From NCBI RefSeq assembly GCF_001194135.2, contig NC_068988.1:74370348-74434347 (forward strand): a stretch of DNA of 64,000 nt. Reading direction: 5' to 3'. Below the pieces are notes generated by a model that saw only the letters and a list, made by a program, of their open reading frames with translations, did not search any database and was not told where the DNA came from. The translations under genes were made by a program, and so were the position numbers. Origin of the DNA: Octopus bimaculoides. Taxonomy: Eukaryota. This document shows, one piece after another, positions 12,556 through 25,802 of this stretch; position 1 is the first letter of the stretch; each line of letters opens with the position of its first letter.

Positions 12556-13200
12556 TTTGTAAAAAAACATAAATCCGAAAGAAGTACACTCTGAGATGTA
12601 GAGCAGTATATATTAAAAATGGGAAAGGCCGGTTTATGGGATTACCTTAGGTTTCCTGTTCATAAAGGGTTTAGCTTTATGGCGTATTGTCGGATTCCCA
12701 AAACCTGTTGGCCCATGACCTCTTAGAAACATGGAGAGGGAAATCCCTCATTACTCAAAGGTAGCAATTGGGGATTATCTCCCTTTGCTATCGACTTCCG
12801 GCTGTGCCGCCATCTTGTGGGCTCCAAAAAGCTAGCAGGAACCTCCTGAAATGTAAACATGGCCCGAAAATCTCCATTCTGAAGTTAAGGATGTTCCCTA
12901 GTTCGAGTGAGTCCTTTAGGATTCTTGTGTGTTCAGCTATGCATAACTTGCAACACTTTGTTCCGTTGATGTAGGGGCCTGCGTTCTCGAGGCTTTTCCA
13001 TGAGATCGAGTATGGAATCCCATTGTCCCTTAGTTGCCAGGCATGTCTGGTCAGTGATGTTACATATCTCCTTTCTAGAGCTCTGAAGGAAGACCTGTGG
13101 TTGGAGAGACATTGCTTGAAAGAGTTTCCTTCCACATATGCATTCCTTAGATACATGACACTTCAAAGTAGTTTGACACATACTTGTAATGAGACAGGTT
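12555..13200 (-). mobile_element. Penelope-like element 3' part (GIY-YIG C-terminus and 3' repeat)
   Basis: ORF 12788-13156: SFKQCLSNHRSSF...SLTRHAWQL...SISWK...KCCKLCIAEH...LNFRMEIFGPCLH. The 3' region recurs at 62838-62975. Confidence 0.85.
12631..12705 (-). ncRNA. Degenerate type I hammerhead ribozyme in the Penelope-like 3' repeat
   Basis: Same fold as 62858-62931, but the core reads CCGACAA instead of CUGANGA. GAAA-CCUAAGG-UA-AUCCC is intact. Confidence 0.6.
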
Positions 13201-13249
13201 GTATTTTGTGCATTAGAGATTATCCTCATTATTTGGAAAAACAAAATGA

Positions 13250-14252
13250 ACATTATTGATTTCACATGCTTTTATATTTTAAAAATGCAAGAAAGTGGCA
13301 GAAACCTGCAGAAAGATATGCCCTGTGAATGGAAAAGATACTATTACAGAACATGTGTCAAGTGATTTTCCAGATTTCAATAAGGAAATTTTTCGGTTCA
13401 ATATGCATTTTGCTCTGGTTGGCCAACTGAGATTAACAGTGACACCAACATCTGTTATATGACCAGGATGATCTAGATATTCTCCAGATATCCAAATCAA
13501 GTGTTGAAAACCATCTGCATCAACTCAGATACATTAGCAAGCTCAACGTGAGGGTCTTACATCAATTGAATGTGGCTAACTTTGCCCAACAAATTTCCAT
13601 TTGTGATTCATTGTAGAAACAAAGAAAATTACACTTTCTTGAAGAGAATGGATACTGGTGTTGGTGAACTGGTAAGAGAATTGTGAAGTGCAAGCAGTCA
13701 TGGGAGAAGTGCAGCAAATCACTGCAAACAACCCCAAAAGCAGGACTTCACTTGAAAAAGCTTATGCTTTCAATTTGGTGGGATTGGAAAGGTTTTGTCT
13801 TTTATGAGATTCTTCCCACAGACAGATCTGTCAACTTGGATATTAACTGCAACCAGCTGGACAAAAATTAAATGCAGCAATCCACCAGAAGTGTCCAGTA
13901 TTTGCTAATCATAAAGGCATTGTCTTTCATCCTGACAATACCAGACTGCACAGTTCTTTACACATTCAGCAGAAGTTACTGGGGTTTGGCTGGGAAGTTT
14001 TGCTGCACTCTCCATATTTGATCAACTTTGTGCCTTCAGACTTCCACCTGTTTCAGTCTCTTCAAAATTTATTGAATGGACAAACCTTCCATTAAAGACA
14101 GGTAATTCTTTGAACAAGGTATAATGGATCTGCCCACAAGATGGCAGTAGACACTTGAATGAAACAGTAATTATAAATTACTTTGTGTTTAAAACGTGTC
14201 TTATTTTCACTTAATAAAAAAACAAACTGAATGGACTTTTTAGCCAACCCAA
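13250..14252 (+). mobile_element. Mariner transposon B (decayed, 5'-truncated)
   Basis: KAGLHLKKLMLSIWWDWKG.VFYEILP, FHPDN.R.H, GWEVLLHSPY..FVPSDFHLF. The right TIR ggactttttagccaacccaa is followed by TA. Confidence 0.88.
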
Positions 14253-14539
14253 TATATATCCCTGCTCCTGTTTAGTGTACACACACACACACACACACAT
14301 AAAAACAAAGCTGTTTAACTATACATGTCTCTCCTACCAGCAGTTAGTCATCATTTGTACAATGTACAGAGAGATAGGTTGAAGCTACTGGAATTGTTTA
14401 GTGACCAATATCACAGCTTGTTGAGTCATAGCTGCTCTTGTCAACTTGCTATTGATTTTAGTTAAAATATAATCAGTTCGTTAATATATGAATGTGTGCG
14501 TGTGTGCGTGCGTGTGCTTGTATATATATTAATACATAT

Positions 14540-15240
14540 TGCCTCATTCATTCAAACTCATCTATTCTCTAAAATAATTCTTTCTTGTTTGTTCTGTCCC
14601 TGAAATGACTAACCTTGTTTCTTGGCTACATGTATATAACATATTTCACACTTTTCTCTAAAATAATTCTTTCTTGTTTGCTCTACCCCTTAAAATGACT
14701 TATTAATTCATCAAATAACTTCCAAATTGTAATCTTTCTCTCTAAAATAATAATTCCTTCCCTTGTTTCTTGACTACATATATNNNNNNNNNNNNNNNNN
14801 NNNNNNNNNNNNNNNNNNATATATATATATATATATATATATATACGCATTTCAAACTGTTTGCTAAAATAATTTCATTCCTGTCTGTATCTCTCTTATT
14901 TCTTGCTGAAATGGCTACTCCCTGCTATTTCTCTTCTAGCTTAGAGCAAAGTCTGCCATCTTCGTTCATTTTTGGCTATCCCCTCCACACATGTCCCCCC
15001 ACCTATCTCAGACTTGCGTTAGTTTATTCCATGTGTTTGGCTGTTTGATGACACTTGAAAATATGCACAGCTAAGCTAAGAATTTCTCTTGTTTTTTAAT
15101 CGCCTCATTCATTGAAACTCATCTATTCTCTAAAATAATTCTTTCTTGTTTGTTGTGCACCTAAAATGACTAACTTTGTTTCTTGGCTACATCTATATAT
15201 AACATATTTCATACTTTTCTCTAAAATAATTCTTTTTCGT
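14540..15240. repeat. Degenerate ~90-bp minisatellite or local duplication
   Basis: The motif ctctaaaataattc recurs at 14567, 14656, ~14740, 15127 and 15219. 14540-14680 is duplicated at ~15102-15240. Confidence 0.7.
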
Positions 15241-15719
15241 GTCCATGGTTGCATCCACCCTTTCCCACCCCCACCACCAATACCAGAAATCTCTTTCTCT
15301 TACTTGACATCCAGTTGCCCTTCCCCTCTCTCCTCTGATATTGGTAATCTTGCCACCCTTTCCTTTTTCTCCCATCCACCATCCCTGGACTAACTAAACC
15401 AGACAGTAGCCCACTTACCCTCACTCCCTCTCTCTCTTTTTTTTTACATTTGTATCTGCAGCATCAGTAATGCTTACACTCACAATGCTCATAAAACTTA
15501 TATTTACAACACCCCAAACACTTTCATATACAATGCTTCCTTACTCCCACCCCTCCAGTAGAGGCAACAACCTTAACGATTCGAACATGCTTGAATGATG
15601 GTAGATTAAAAGCAATAACAACTATTATGACATCTGTTACCATATGATCAGGAGAACTTTCTTTTCAGGTGCTGAATAACATCTCTCCTTCCTGTGTTAC
15701 CTCTCATATCTCTTTCCCA

Positions 15720-18700
15720 GTTTCCAGGGTTGACACTGTAAATGTAGGCACATTGAAAGGTAGGTCTAGCGAGATTGTAGAGATGCTTGAATGGAGATGT
15801 GCGTACAAGAGGTAAGGTGGAGAGGAGCTTCAGCTAGAGTCCTCACAGACAAAGCACATAGGTATAAACTCTTCTAGGAAGGTAATAGTGATGGAATAGG
15901 GGTGTGGGCATACTTCTTGCAGAGAAATGGGTGGATAAGGCCATAGAGATAGTGAGAGTGTGCGATAGAGTACTTAAACTCAGGCTAGTCTTGCAGGATG
16001 GTATAGCTACAATTATCTCCGCCTACGCCCCACAAGAGGGCCTACCAAATGAATAGAAGGATCACTTTTATGATATTCTTTTGCAGGCTACCTCAAAGAC
16101 AAGTGACAATAACCTCATCTTTGTAGCTGGAAATTTTAATGGGCATATTGGACAGCAGCCTGGTATCTTCCATGGTGTACATGGGGACCATGGAGTTGGT
16201 ACCAGAAATGAAGAGGGACTAGGCTCCTGGAGTTCTGTGATGCAAATAACCTATTGATCTGCAACACTAACTTCAGGAAACTAGCTAGCCACCTGATAAG
16301 CTATCAATCACGTGATTCTGCTAGCCAGGTTGATTTCATTCTCACCAGACAGTGGAGTGCATGGTTGCTCTTAAATACAAAGACCCTCCCTGGTGAAGAA
16401 TGTATCCCCCAGCATAGACTAGTTATTAGTGACTTTAGACTCAAGGCCAGAAGGATGCCAAAAAGTGGACGAATCTGGAAAAGAAGGACATTGACGCTTA
16501 AGAACCCTTCATATGGTCAGAGATTTAGGGATATCCTTACTGAGAAATTTGATGATAGGGAGGAGGAGCTACAGTCCTGTGAAATAGAAGACAGCTGGGA
16601 ATTCCTGTAAGACAGCTTGCTGAGCACCACAGACCAAATCTGTGGCTGGTGCAAAAGCCCCTTCCAGATTTAGGTAACATAGTAGTGGAACAATACTGTA
16701 GACAGAGCCATTAGAGCAAAGAAATAGGCTTGGGAGGCCTGGAAGAGTGGAGGTAGCAGGAGGATGTATCAGATAGCCAAAAGGGAAGCTAGGAGTCAGG
16801 TATAAATAGCCAAGGGAGTAGCAGAAAAGAAGTTTGCCAATGTTGTTCCGCGATGTGAGGACCTAAGAACTGAAGTATTTCGGATTGCAAGACATTGTGT
16901 GAGAGAAAACTGTGATGTCATAGGAGAGAAATATATCTGCATGCATGATGGTGCCTTTGCGTTTAATGAGTCTACAAAAAAAGAGGCTTGGAGATGCCAT
17001 TATGAAAGACTGTTGAACGAGGTGAATGAATGGGAGGAGGAGAGTCTGCCAAAGGTTGACCCAATTGAGGGACCAGCTACGTGAATTGACAGTACCCTGG
17101 TAGATAAAGCAATTAAGAATATGAAGATAGGGAAAGCACCTGGCCCATCAGGAATCACCACTGAGATGCCTAAAATATCAGGCAGTGTGGGTTATGGTCT
17201 TGTCACCTGAATCATAAATCAGGTAGTTCATGAAGGAGTCATACCCAATGACTGGTATAGTAGCACCATAGTCAACTACTACAAGGGTAAAGGTGATGCT
17301 TTAGACAGAGATAACTACAGGGCTATCAAATTATTGGATCAGGTGATGAAAGTTACAGAGAGGGTCATAGCTCAACTAATTAAGGAGAGAGTTAGTCTAG
17401 ATGAGACGCAGTTTGATTTTTTTACCAGGCAGAAGCACCACTGAAGCTATATCTCTGGTAAGGCAACTGCAGGAGAAATATCTAGCCAAAGATAAACCTC
17501 TGTACTTGGCTTTTGTTGACTTGGAGAAAGTCTTTGACACGGTCCCCTGATCTTTTATCCGGTGGTCAACGTAGAAACTGTGGATGGTAAGCGTTGTACA
17601 AGCCCTGTACAGGGATGCTGTAAGTAAGGTGAGGGCTGGCAACGAGTATAGTGAAGAGTTCTAAGTAGAAGTAGGGGTTCACCAAAGATCAGTCCTCAGC
17701 CCCCTCTTATTCATTATAGTCCTCCAGGCAATAACAGAAGAATTCAAGACAGAATGCCCCTGGGAGCTCCTCTATGCTGATGACCTTGCCCTAATAGCCA
17801 AGTCATTGCCAGAACAAGGGACAAAATTTAGGGCGTGGAAGCAAGATCTAGAATCGAAGGGCCTTAGTAAGTAGGAAGGCTGTCAAATCACAAACCGCTG
17901 TTTGATCTGTAGAAAAGGTGTGGGTAGAAACTCCATACAATGCACCCGGTGTAAGCTATGGACACACAAAAGGTGCAGCAATATCAAAGGAAGGTTAACT
18001 GGGAAGATAGTTTTTGTGTGTGGTAGATGCACAGGGTCAAAAGACTAAGGGCCTCTCGCTCAGGATGAAAGGTAGACTGTATGATGCATGCGTGCAAACT
18101 ACTGTGCTACACGGCAGTGAAACATGGACCATGACTGCTGAAGACATGCGTAGGCTTGAAAGAAATAAAGCTAATATGATCCGCTGGATGTCAGTGTGCA
18201 TACACAACAGAGTGTAAGTGCCTTGAGAGAAAAGTTGGGCACAAGAAGCATCAAATGTGGTGTACAAAAGAGATGACCGCGTTGGTATGGTCATGTGTTA
18301 TATATGGATGAGGACAGCTGCGTGAGGAAGTGCCACTACCTGACTGTCGAAGGAACCTGTGGAAGAGGTAGACTCAGGAAGACATGGGATGAGGTGGTGA
18401 AGCATGACCTTCAAACATTGGGCCTCACAGAGGCAAGGATAGGAGACCAAGACCTTTGGAGATATACTGTGATTGAGAAGACCCGTCGATTAAAGGGAGA
18501 TCGCAGTCATGCATGTCTGGCCCAGTTAAAAGTACCCCTGATGCGTGGGACGATATGATATGCTTGAGAAGACCTGTTGAATCAAGTAAAACCGATATCG
18601 TAGCTGTGTCCAGTGCCCCCTGACTGGCTCCTATGCTGGTGGTGCATAAAAAGCACCATCCAAATGTGGCTGATGCTAGTACCCACTGACTGGCTCCCAT

Positions 18701-19150
18701 ACCAGTGACACATAAAATGCACTATCTAAACATGATCGATGCCAGGACTGCCTGACTGGCCCCCGTGCTGGTGGCACATAAAAAGCACTGTCCGAACATG
18801 GCCCATGCCAGTACCCTGACTGGCTTCTGTACGAGTGGCACATTAAAAGCACTATCCAAACGTGGCTGATGCCAGTATCCCCTGACTGGCTTCCATGCCG
18901 GTGGCATGTAAAAAGCACCATCCGAGCGTGGCTGATGTCAGTACCCACTGACTGGTCCCTGTGCTGGTGGCATGTAAAAATCACCCACTACACTCTCAGA
19001 GTGGTTGGCATTAGGAAAGGCATCTAGCTGTAGAAACATTGCCAGATGAGATTGGAGCCTGGTGCAGCAGCTGGCTCTCCAAACTTCAGTCAAACCGTCC
19101 AACCCATGCGAGCATGGAAAACGGACGTTAAACGATGATGATGATGATGA
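15720..19150 (+). mobile_element. Near-full-length decayed RTE-clade LINE (APE + RT + PHD finger, 3' UTR with 66-bp repeats, (GAT)n tail)
   Basis: TVNVGTL, ISAYAPQ, AGNFNGH and QVDFIL (APE), AFVDLEKVFD, SVLSPLLF and LLYADDLAL (RT), then KGRLYDACV...HGSETW. Many stops and one internal deletion near 18040. The 5' UTR boundary was not resolved. Confidence 0.93.
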
Positions 19151-19199
19151 TATATATCTATACACTCATAAGTATGAATGATGTAAGTATATATATGTC

Positions 19200-19650
19200 T
19201 CTGTTGGCATGTAAAATGCACCATCCAAGTGTCGCCGATGTCAGTGCTGCCTGACTGGCACCCGTGTGAGTGACATTTAAAAAACACATTTCAAGTGTGG
19301 CCTATGCTAGTACTGCCTGACTGGCACCTCTGCCAGTGACATGTAAAAACACCATTCGAGCGTGACCGATGCCAGTGCTGCCTGACAGGCACCTGTGCGG
19401 GTGGCACATAAAATGCTCCATTTGAGCGTGGCTGATGTCAGTGCTACCCAATTGACTCCCATGCCAGTGACACATAAAAGCACCCACTACAATCTTGGAG
19501 TGGTTGGCATTAGGAAGGGTATCCAACTGTAGAAACCTTGCCAAATTAGATTGGAGCTCAGTGCAGCCTCCTGGCTTGCCAGTTCTCAGTCAAACTGTCC
19601 AACCCATGACAGCATGGAAAGCAGACATTAAATGACGATGATGATGATGA
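19200..19650 (+). mobile_element. Second, tandem RTE 3' UTR copy
   Basis: About four 66-bp units (anchors at 19251, 19317, 19382) plus the standard terminus and (GAT)n. Confidence 0.85.
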
Positions 19651-19664
19651 TATGTGAATATATA

Positions 19665-19729
<65 letters not shown>

Positions 19730-20779
19730 NNNNNNNNNNNNNNNNNNNNNNNNNNNNNNNNNNNNNNNNNNNNNNNNNNNNNNNNNNNNNNNNNNNNNNN
19801 NNNNNNNNNNNNNNNNNNNNNNNNNNNNNNNNNNNNNNNNNNNNNNNNNNNNNNNNNNNNNNNNNNNNNNNNNNNNNNNNNNNNNNNNNNNNNNNNNNNN
19901 NNNNNNNNNNNNNNNNNNNNNNNNNNNNNNNNNNNNNNNNNNNNNNNNNNNNNNNNNNNNNNNNNNNNNNNNNNNNNNNNNNNNNNNNNNNNNNNNNNNN
20001 NNNNNNNNNNNNNNNNNNNNNNNNNNNNNNNNNNNNNNNNNNNNNNNNNNNNNNNNNNNNNNNNNNNNNNNNNNNNNNNNNNNNNNNNNNNNNNNNNNNN
20101 NNNNNNNNNNNNNNNNNNNNNNNNNNNNNNNNNNNNNNNNNNNNNNNNNNNNNNNNNNNNNNNNNNNNNNNNNNNNNNNNNNNNNNNNNNNNNNNNNNNN
20201 NNNNNNNNNNNNNNNNNNNNNNNNNNNNNNNNNNNNNNNNNNNNNNNNNNNNNNNNNNNNNNNNNNNNNNNNNNNNNNNCATGAACTCATCAATGAAAAT
20301 CCACTGTCACATATACAAAAATTAATAATTAAAAGCACAATAAATAAGTATAATATAATACAAAGTAAATATCATAAGATGAAGATAATAAAATGACTAC
20401 ACGTATTTCATAATCAATTTTCAAATAGAAAGAAGTTTAAATCGATTAAAACTATCAAAAATCAATTCTATTCAAAAATATAGCTAATCTTGAGGTCAAA
20501 ATACAACAATAATAATAATAAATGAATGTATATATCAACCAACAATAAATAACAAATAAATGTATATAAAATACTTATTATATAAAGATAGAAAAATATT
20601 ATTAAAATATCAAAATAATAAATATTCCATAATCAACCCTATGTCCATTATAAAATAAGCTATTATATACAAAAACCAACTTATACAAATTTTTTCGTTT
20701 AAAATACAATTTGAACAAAGTTTAAGGTTAAAATAATAAAGATAGTATTAGCACATATTTAAATGATGCAATGGTTTAA

Positions 20780-22265
20780 GCTAACATTTGGGCTGCTTGA
20801 TTGGATGCTTAATGAGATCCAAGTCATTGATGTGAAAACCTGAAAGATACTAACAAGCATGCATAATTTCCACATAAGCAGTGTTGTAGACTGCCTCTAC
20901 CTAAAATGAAAACAAGGCAGCAGAGGCTTAACATTGATCCAAAATGCTTTTGAATGTCACATCATATCCCTTCAACAACATCTTTTAACCACCAAGTGTT
21001 GAAGTGCATCTCATGACCAAGTTTGCATACATGAGACTGATAACATAAGGCTTAGAAGGCAGTTCCTTGAGCAACACTCTTTGTCTGATAACCTAGAATA
21101 CATACCGAAAGAAGTCACATGACTCTACCACAACATATCATTAGATGAATAGATGAGCCTGTATGAACAGAAGACTATATATGGATAAGTTAGTAGAAAG
21201 CTCCATGATGATAGTAACATTGATCATCAAAGTAGTTTATCATGGACGAATAGCCAGATTACTACCTCCCACTTTGAAGGGTATGCATTTGCAATCCAGG
21301 AACAGGAAATATCAACCAGTTATCTGATGCACAAAAGGGATTAATATGCAGGAAAAGCAGTAAAATATGACAACTGATGCAGACTTTGTAGAGTTCACAC
21401 TGAAGATATCATCCACATCATAAGCAGTTGTCTGAAAATGTCATCACAGTATTTAGCTACTGATGAGACATGATGTTGTAGCTAGGACATTCTGTAATGA
21501 AATCCATCAGAAGGACAACCCCAAAGACAAAGAAATAAAACCCCACAGTATGGTGGAAGCCATAGCCACTCATAATAAAAACGAGTACTGGTAGAATGTT
21601 CCAGTGAAGACCCCCAATAAAATGTAAGCACAAAAGACCTGATATAATGATTTGGGATAGAGAGAGAGAAACTATGCACAGTTGTGGAAATTAGCTGCCC
21701 AGCGGATGTTAACATAAAGCTGAAGATCAGTGAAAAAGAGAACGCCTACACCAAACTATCGAGAAATCTACAGTTACTCTATCCAGATTACAAGTTCAGG
21801 TTTATATACCTACAATTATTGGGGCCCTGGGATATGTAACACACTGCTTAAATACCAATCTTGAGAAATTAGGCTTCTAAAAACCTGAAAGGAGAAAGCT
21901 AATTTGAAGACTACAGATCNNNNNNNNNNCAATCTTGAGAAATTAGGCTTCTAAAAACCTGAAAGGAGAAAGCTAATTTGAAGACTACAGATCCAATCCA
22001 TCACTGGAACTGTAAAAATCTGTAAAAGTTTCCAGAAGCTTATCACTTAAATGTGTATGGGCATGTCTAGATATGCAACTATATGCATGAGAATACATAA
22101 AACAAAACATACTAATCTGCACACATACATACATACATTACATACATACAAAAATACCCTGTTATTGATGTTGAAATTCCAATGAAGGAGCCCTGGATTT
22201 AGGTTAGAAACCAGCCCTTTCTCTATTGGCAAAAAATCTTGAAGTAAAACTGAACAATGACATAC
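20780..22265 (+). mobile_element. R4/Dong-like LINE 3' fragment (zinc knuckle + RLE + 3' UTR)
   Basis: EGYAFAIQEQEI, CRLCRVHTEDIIHIISSC, RHDVVA, RPDIMIWD....VEISCPADVNI..K.SEK..Y, IIGALG. Ends at (TACA)/(TA) repeats. Confidence 0.85.
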
Positions 22266-22288
22266 ATATATATATTCCCACATAATAG

Positions 22289-22430
22289 GCTCCTTTAAGT
22301 TTCTGTATACCAAATCCACTCACAAGGCTTTGCTCAACCCACTGCAATAATAGAAGACACTTGCTTAAGGTACCACAAAGTGGGACTGAACCTAAAACCA
22401 TGTTGTTGGGAAGCAAACTTACCACACAGC
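22289..22430 (-). mobile_element. SINE family B, 5' half
   Basis: Reverse complement of the head seen at 36783 and 62985 (cccaac...ggttcagtcccact...ccttaagcaagtgtcttcta...gtgagtggatttggta). Confidence 0.75.
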
Positions 22431-23954
22431 CAAATAATTATGAAATAATATCAAAGCCAGTTTAGTTTCCACCTCTGTTCATGAAGATGTGAGACAGAAC
22501 AAGAGCAAAATCTACTTAAACTGATAGTATAATCATTGATAGGGGTTAATCTAGGGATCAACAACTTAATCTACAAGAGAGAGGGGGCAAGAATTGACGT
22601 GAGACGTCTGGTTTAATGCTGATTAAGCTGGAATAAGATAAAATTGTATTATCTTTAATTAGCCAGCAGCTTTATGGGTTTTGGAAGATTAATGCATCAC
22701 TACAGTAAGAGCAACAACCACATCATCAACAACAACAACAACAGCAGCAGCAGCAGTAACAACAGCTGCAGCAACAACAACAGCAACAGTAGCAGCCATC
22801 TAAGAAGAGATCTAAGACAGACATCTTTGTGTGTTTGGTGTTAATAACTTCTTAAATGAAAGGTAGAGTTTAACATTACATATGACACAGAACAGTTTAT
22901 GGCAGAAATAGTAAAGCACCACACAAAATGCAGAATCTAAAGATGTGTAACACCAAAAATACTTTGTGGTATTACACATCTTTAGATTCTGCATTCAAAT
23001 CTCCCTGGCATTAATTCTATCTTCCATCCCTTTGAGATCTATAAAATAAGAATCACTCAAGTCTTGGGCTAGGGAACAAGTTAATCAGTGATACCCTTCT
23101 CCAACTTTGTAGTTAAAACTATGAACTCAGCGAATGAAACTGAAACAGCATTAAATTAAAGTAGCCATCTGTGTACGATACTTAACATATATACACTGTT
23201 TTCCTTCAATGACAAGCTATGTTAAAAATACAATATATATTTGAGTGAAGGAAACCAAAATGCATCTGACATGCCCAGGAGTTGTTACTGGGTCAATGTT
23301 TGTCTTACTCTATGTATTGAGTTGTTGATACAGCTTGTCTAGGAAGAGATTTTCTCTCAGGCAAAAACCACAGTAGTGCATATACATTAAGTATGATATA
23401 TAGAGGGCATTTAAAATTATGAATCATATTCATTATATTGTATAGAATCAAAGTCAGTTTATTTTTCTTTGTGTTTTTCTCTAAAAATATATACTATATT
23501 GTTGTTTGTCTAGAAATTATTCTTAGTTACCTTTCATTCTTGTAAATAGAGACTGTCTAGTCTTTCATAAGGCATTATTATTGGTCAGACTTTTGTGGTG
23601 AACATCATATAGTGCTAAACTGCCTGGAAGTGAAACTTCTGAGGTGGTTTCAATTTGTGACAGAAGGTATTTCACTTCAATTTCATCACTTAATACCTCT
23701 CAGCAATGTGTGATCATCACGATACATCATTATAAATGTAGAGAAATGTTGCTAGCTTCGTTACTTCCTTGTCCTCAATCAATTCTTGTGAAGACTAACT
23801 TAACTTTTCCTTTTCGTTCTTAATACGAGTAATAGATTGCGGTTGATTTAAGCAACCATCTCCTCATTCCTTAAGAAAATTACTTTGCACTAGAAATGAT
23901 ATTAATTTATTTCATAGGCATAACATTTCAACTTTTGGAAAGGGAGATAGTTGA

Positions 23955-24520
23955 GGTCATTTGATATCCCCACTCCAGATCATGACTGGTTCACTTTCAG
24001 GCCTCTCCATTCCAGGCTTTGTTGCCAAACCTGGAGTTTCTTCCCTAAATCAACAACAGATTCTGCAACAAGAAGTAGATTATCAGCATATTGGAGGCTC
24101 CATGGACAGCAGGTTTTTAACTTCTCTGATATGGCCTGTTGGCATACATTTTTGTGTGGAAACATACATACATCAAAAGCCTTAACTGAATCATATATTA
24201 TATACCTGCATACCTACCTACATACTCACATACATGCATACATGCATGCATACATATATACATTCATACATGCAAGCATACATATGTACATACATGCATA
24301 CATACACACATGCACACACACATGTACACACACACATGCACACACATGCACATACATATATTATCATCGTTATCTTCATCATTTAAGTCCATGCTTTATA
24401 CTGGCATGGATTGTATGATTTATAGGATCTGAGTGATTCAAGGACTGCATTTTACTTCAGTGTCTGCTTTGGCATGGTTTCTATGGCTGGATGCCCTTCC
24501 TAATACCAACCACTTTACAG
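23955..24520 (-). mobile_element. RTE fragments: RT core (23955-24130) and 3' tail (24360-24520)
   Basis: CPWSLQYADNLLLVAES...KLQVWQQSLEWRGLKVN, and a tail matching the RTE terminus. Confidence 0.75.
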
Positions 24521-24574
24521 TACAAACTGCAAGACTAAGATCCTCTTTTGATTGTGTATGTGTGTGTGTGTGTG

Positions 24575-24641
<67 letters not shown>

Positions 24642-25802
24642 GTATGTATGTATATACATATATACATATGTATGTATATCATTCAACTATAATAGTAGTT
24701 GAATAATATTAAGACCACAATTTACTCACATGCAGCATCTTTCAGAGCTTGTTGCTAATTCAGTTCTTAACCAAATTGAAAACTGTTAACATTTTTGAAG
24801 AAGACTGGTCCCTAGCTACATTTTGGCATAAAAAAATTGAGATCTGGTCCAGTAGAAACAAGTTTACATCAAAATTTGTAGCAACATTATAGGAGAGTAA
24901 GTAACGCCTCCAATCAAGTTTAGATCTAAATAACTTTTTTTGTTCTAAAAGCAAAATATATTTATCTTAGCTTCAGTGACAGAAGAAAGCATGAGGAATT
25001 TCGGAGTTTTGGTCCCATACAACTAAAATTTGTATCAAAAATGTTGTGAGGTAAAATATCTTGGAAAAAATATAAGTAAGGTAAAAAATTGGATTTAAGT
25101 ATAATTAACTTTTTTATTTTAAAAACAAACAACATTTTAATTAAGCTTAAACGATAGAACTCAATTCGGGGAATTTCATGGTATCAATCTCATACAATGA
25201 AGTTTTAAAAGAAAAAAGTTATGAGTGTTTGTTTCTCAAATTTGAGGGTGATAATATAGTTCTACACTTTTTTATGAATATAGTTCTATAAGAGGACTTT
25301 TAATATATGTCACTGGCATCATTGAGATAAGGAAAAAGTTATCAACGACACCGCTAATTTTCAGTTAGTTTAATTACATCATCTGTATTAATTAATGCAA
25401 TTATGATGTAAACACAGTCCAATAATATCTGAGATGAGAAACAGAATCATAGTAGTTTACATTGATGGGAATTTCTCAGTTTTTAAAACTTCTCAAAGAA
25501 TCATTCACCTACGGTAATAGTTGAATAATATTCTTAAGGCCGCAATTTACTAACACGCAGTATCTTTCAGAGCTTTGCTGCTAATTAAGTTCTTAACCAA
25601 ATTGAAAACTGTTAACATTTTTGAAGAGGACTGGTCTCTGTAAGTAATGCCTCCAGTCAAGTTTAGATCTAAATAACTTTTTTATTGTAAAAGTAAAATA
25701 TAATTATCTTAGCTTAAATGATAGAAGAAAGAGAAGGTAAAATCTTAAATTATTAATTGACACATTAATTAGCATAATAACATAGCCTGGAAAAAGCATG
25801 GA

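Noticed and set aside
12706-12787. Possible SECIS downstream of the Naiad stop
   Set aside because: Only a short hairpin is present with no SECIS geometry, and there is no in-frame TGA at Cys positions.
18600-18980. CRISPR-like regular array
   Set aside because: The whole 66-bp unit is repeated with no unique spacers, there are no cas genes, and it sits in a LINE 3' UTR.
21856-21993. Exact 64-bp direct repeat
   Set aside because: The two copies flank a 10-N gap and are identical, so this is an unmerged contig overlap.
23589-23672. Candidate plus-strand exon (cag|ACTTTTGTGGT...GAAG|gtattt, FCGEHHIVLNCLEVKLLRWFQFVTE)
   Set aside because: The splice sites are plausible but no protein is recognised and no neighbouring exons are evident. 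RNA-seq would be needed.
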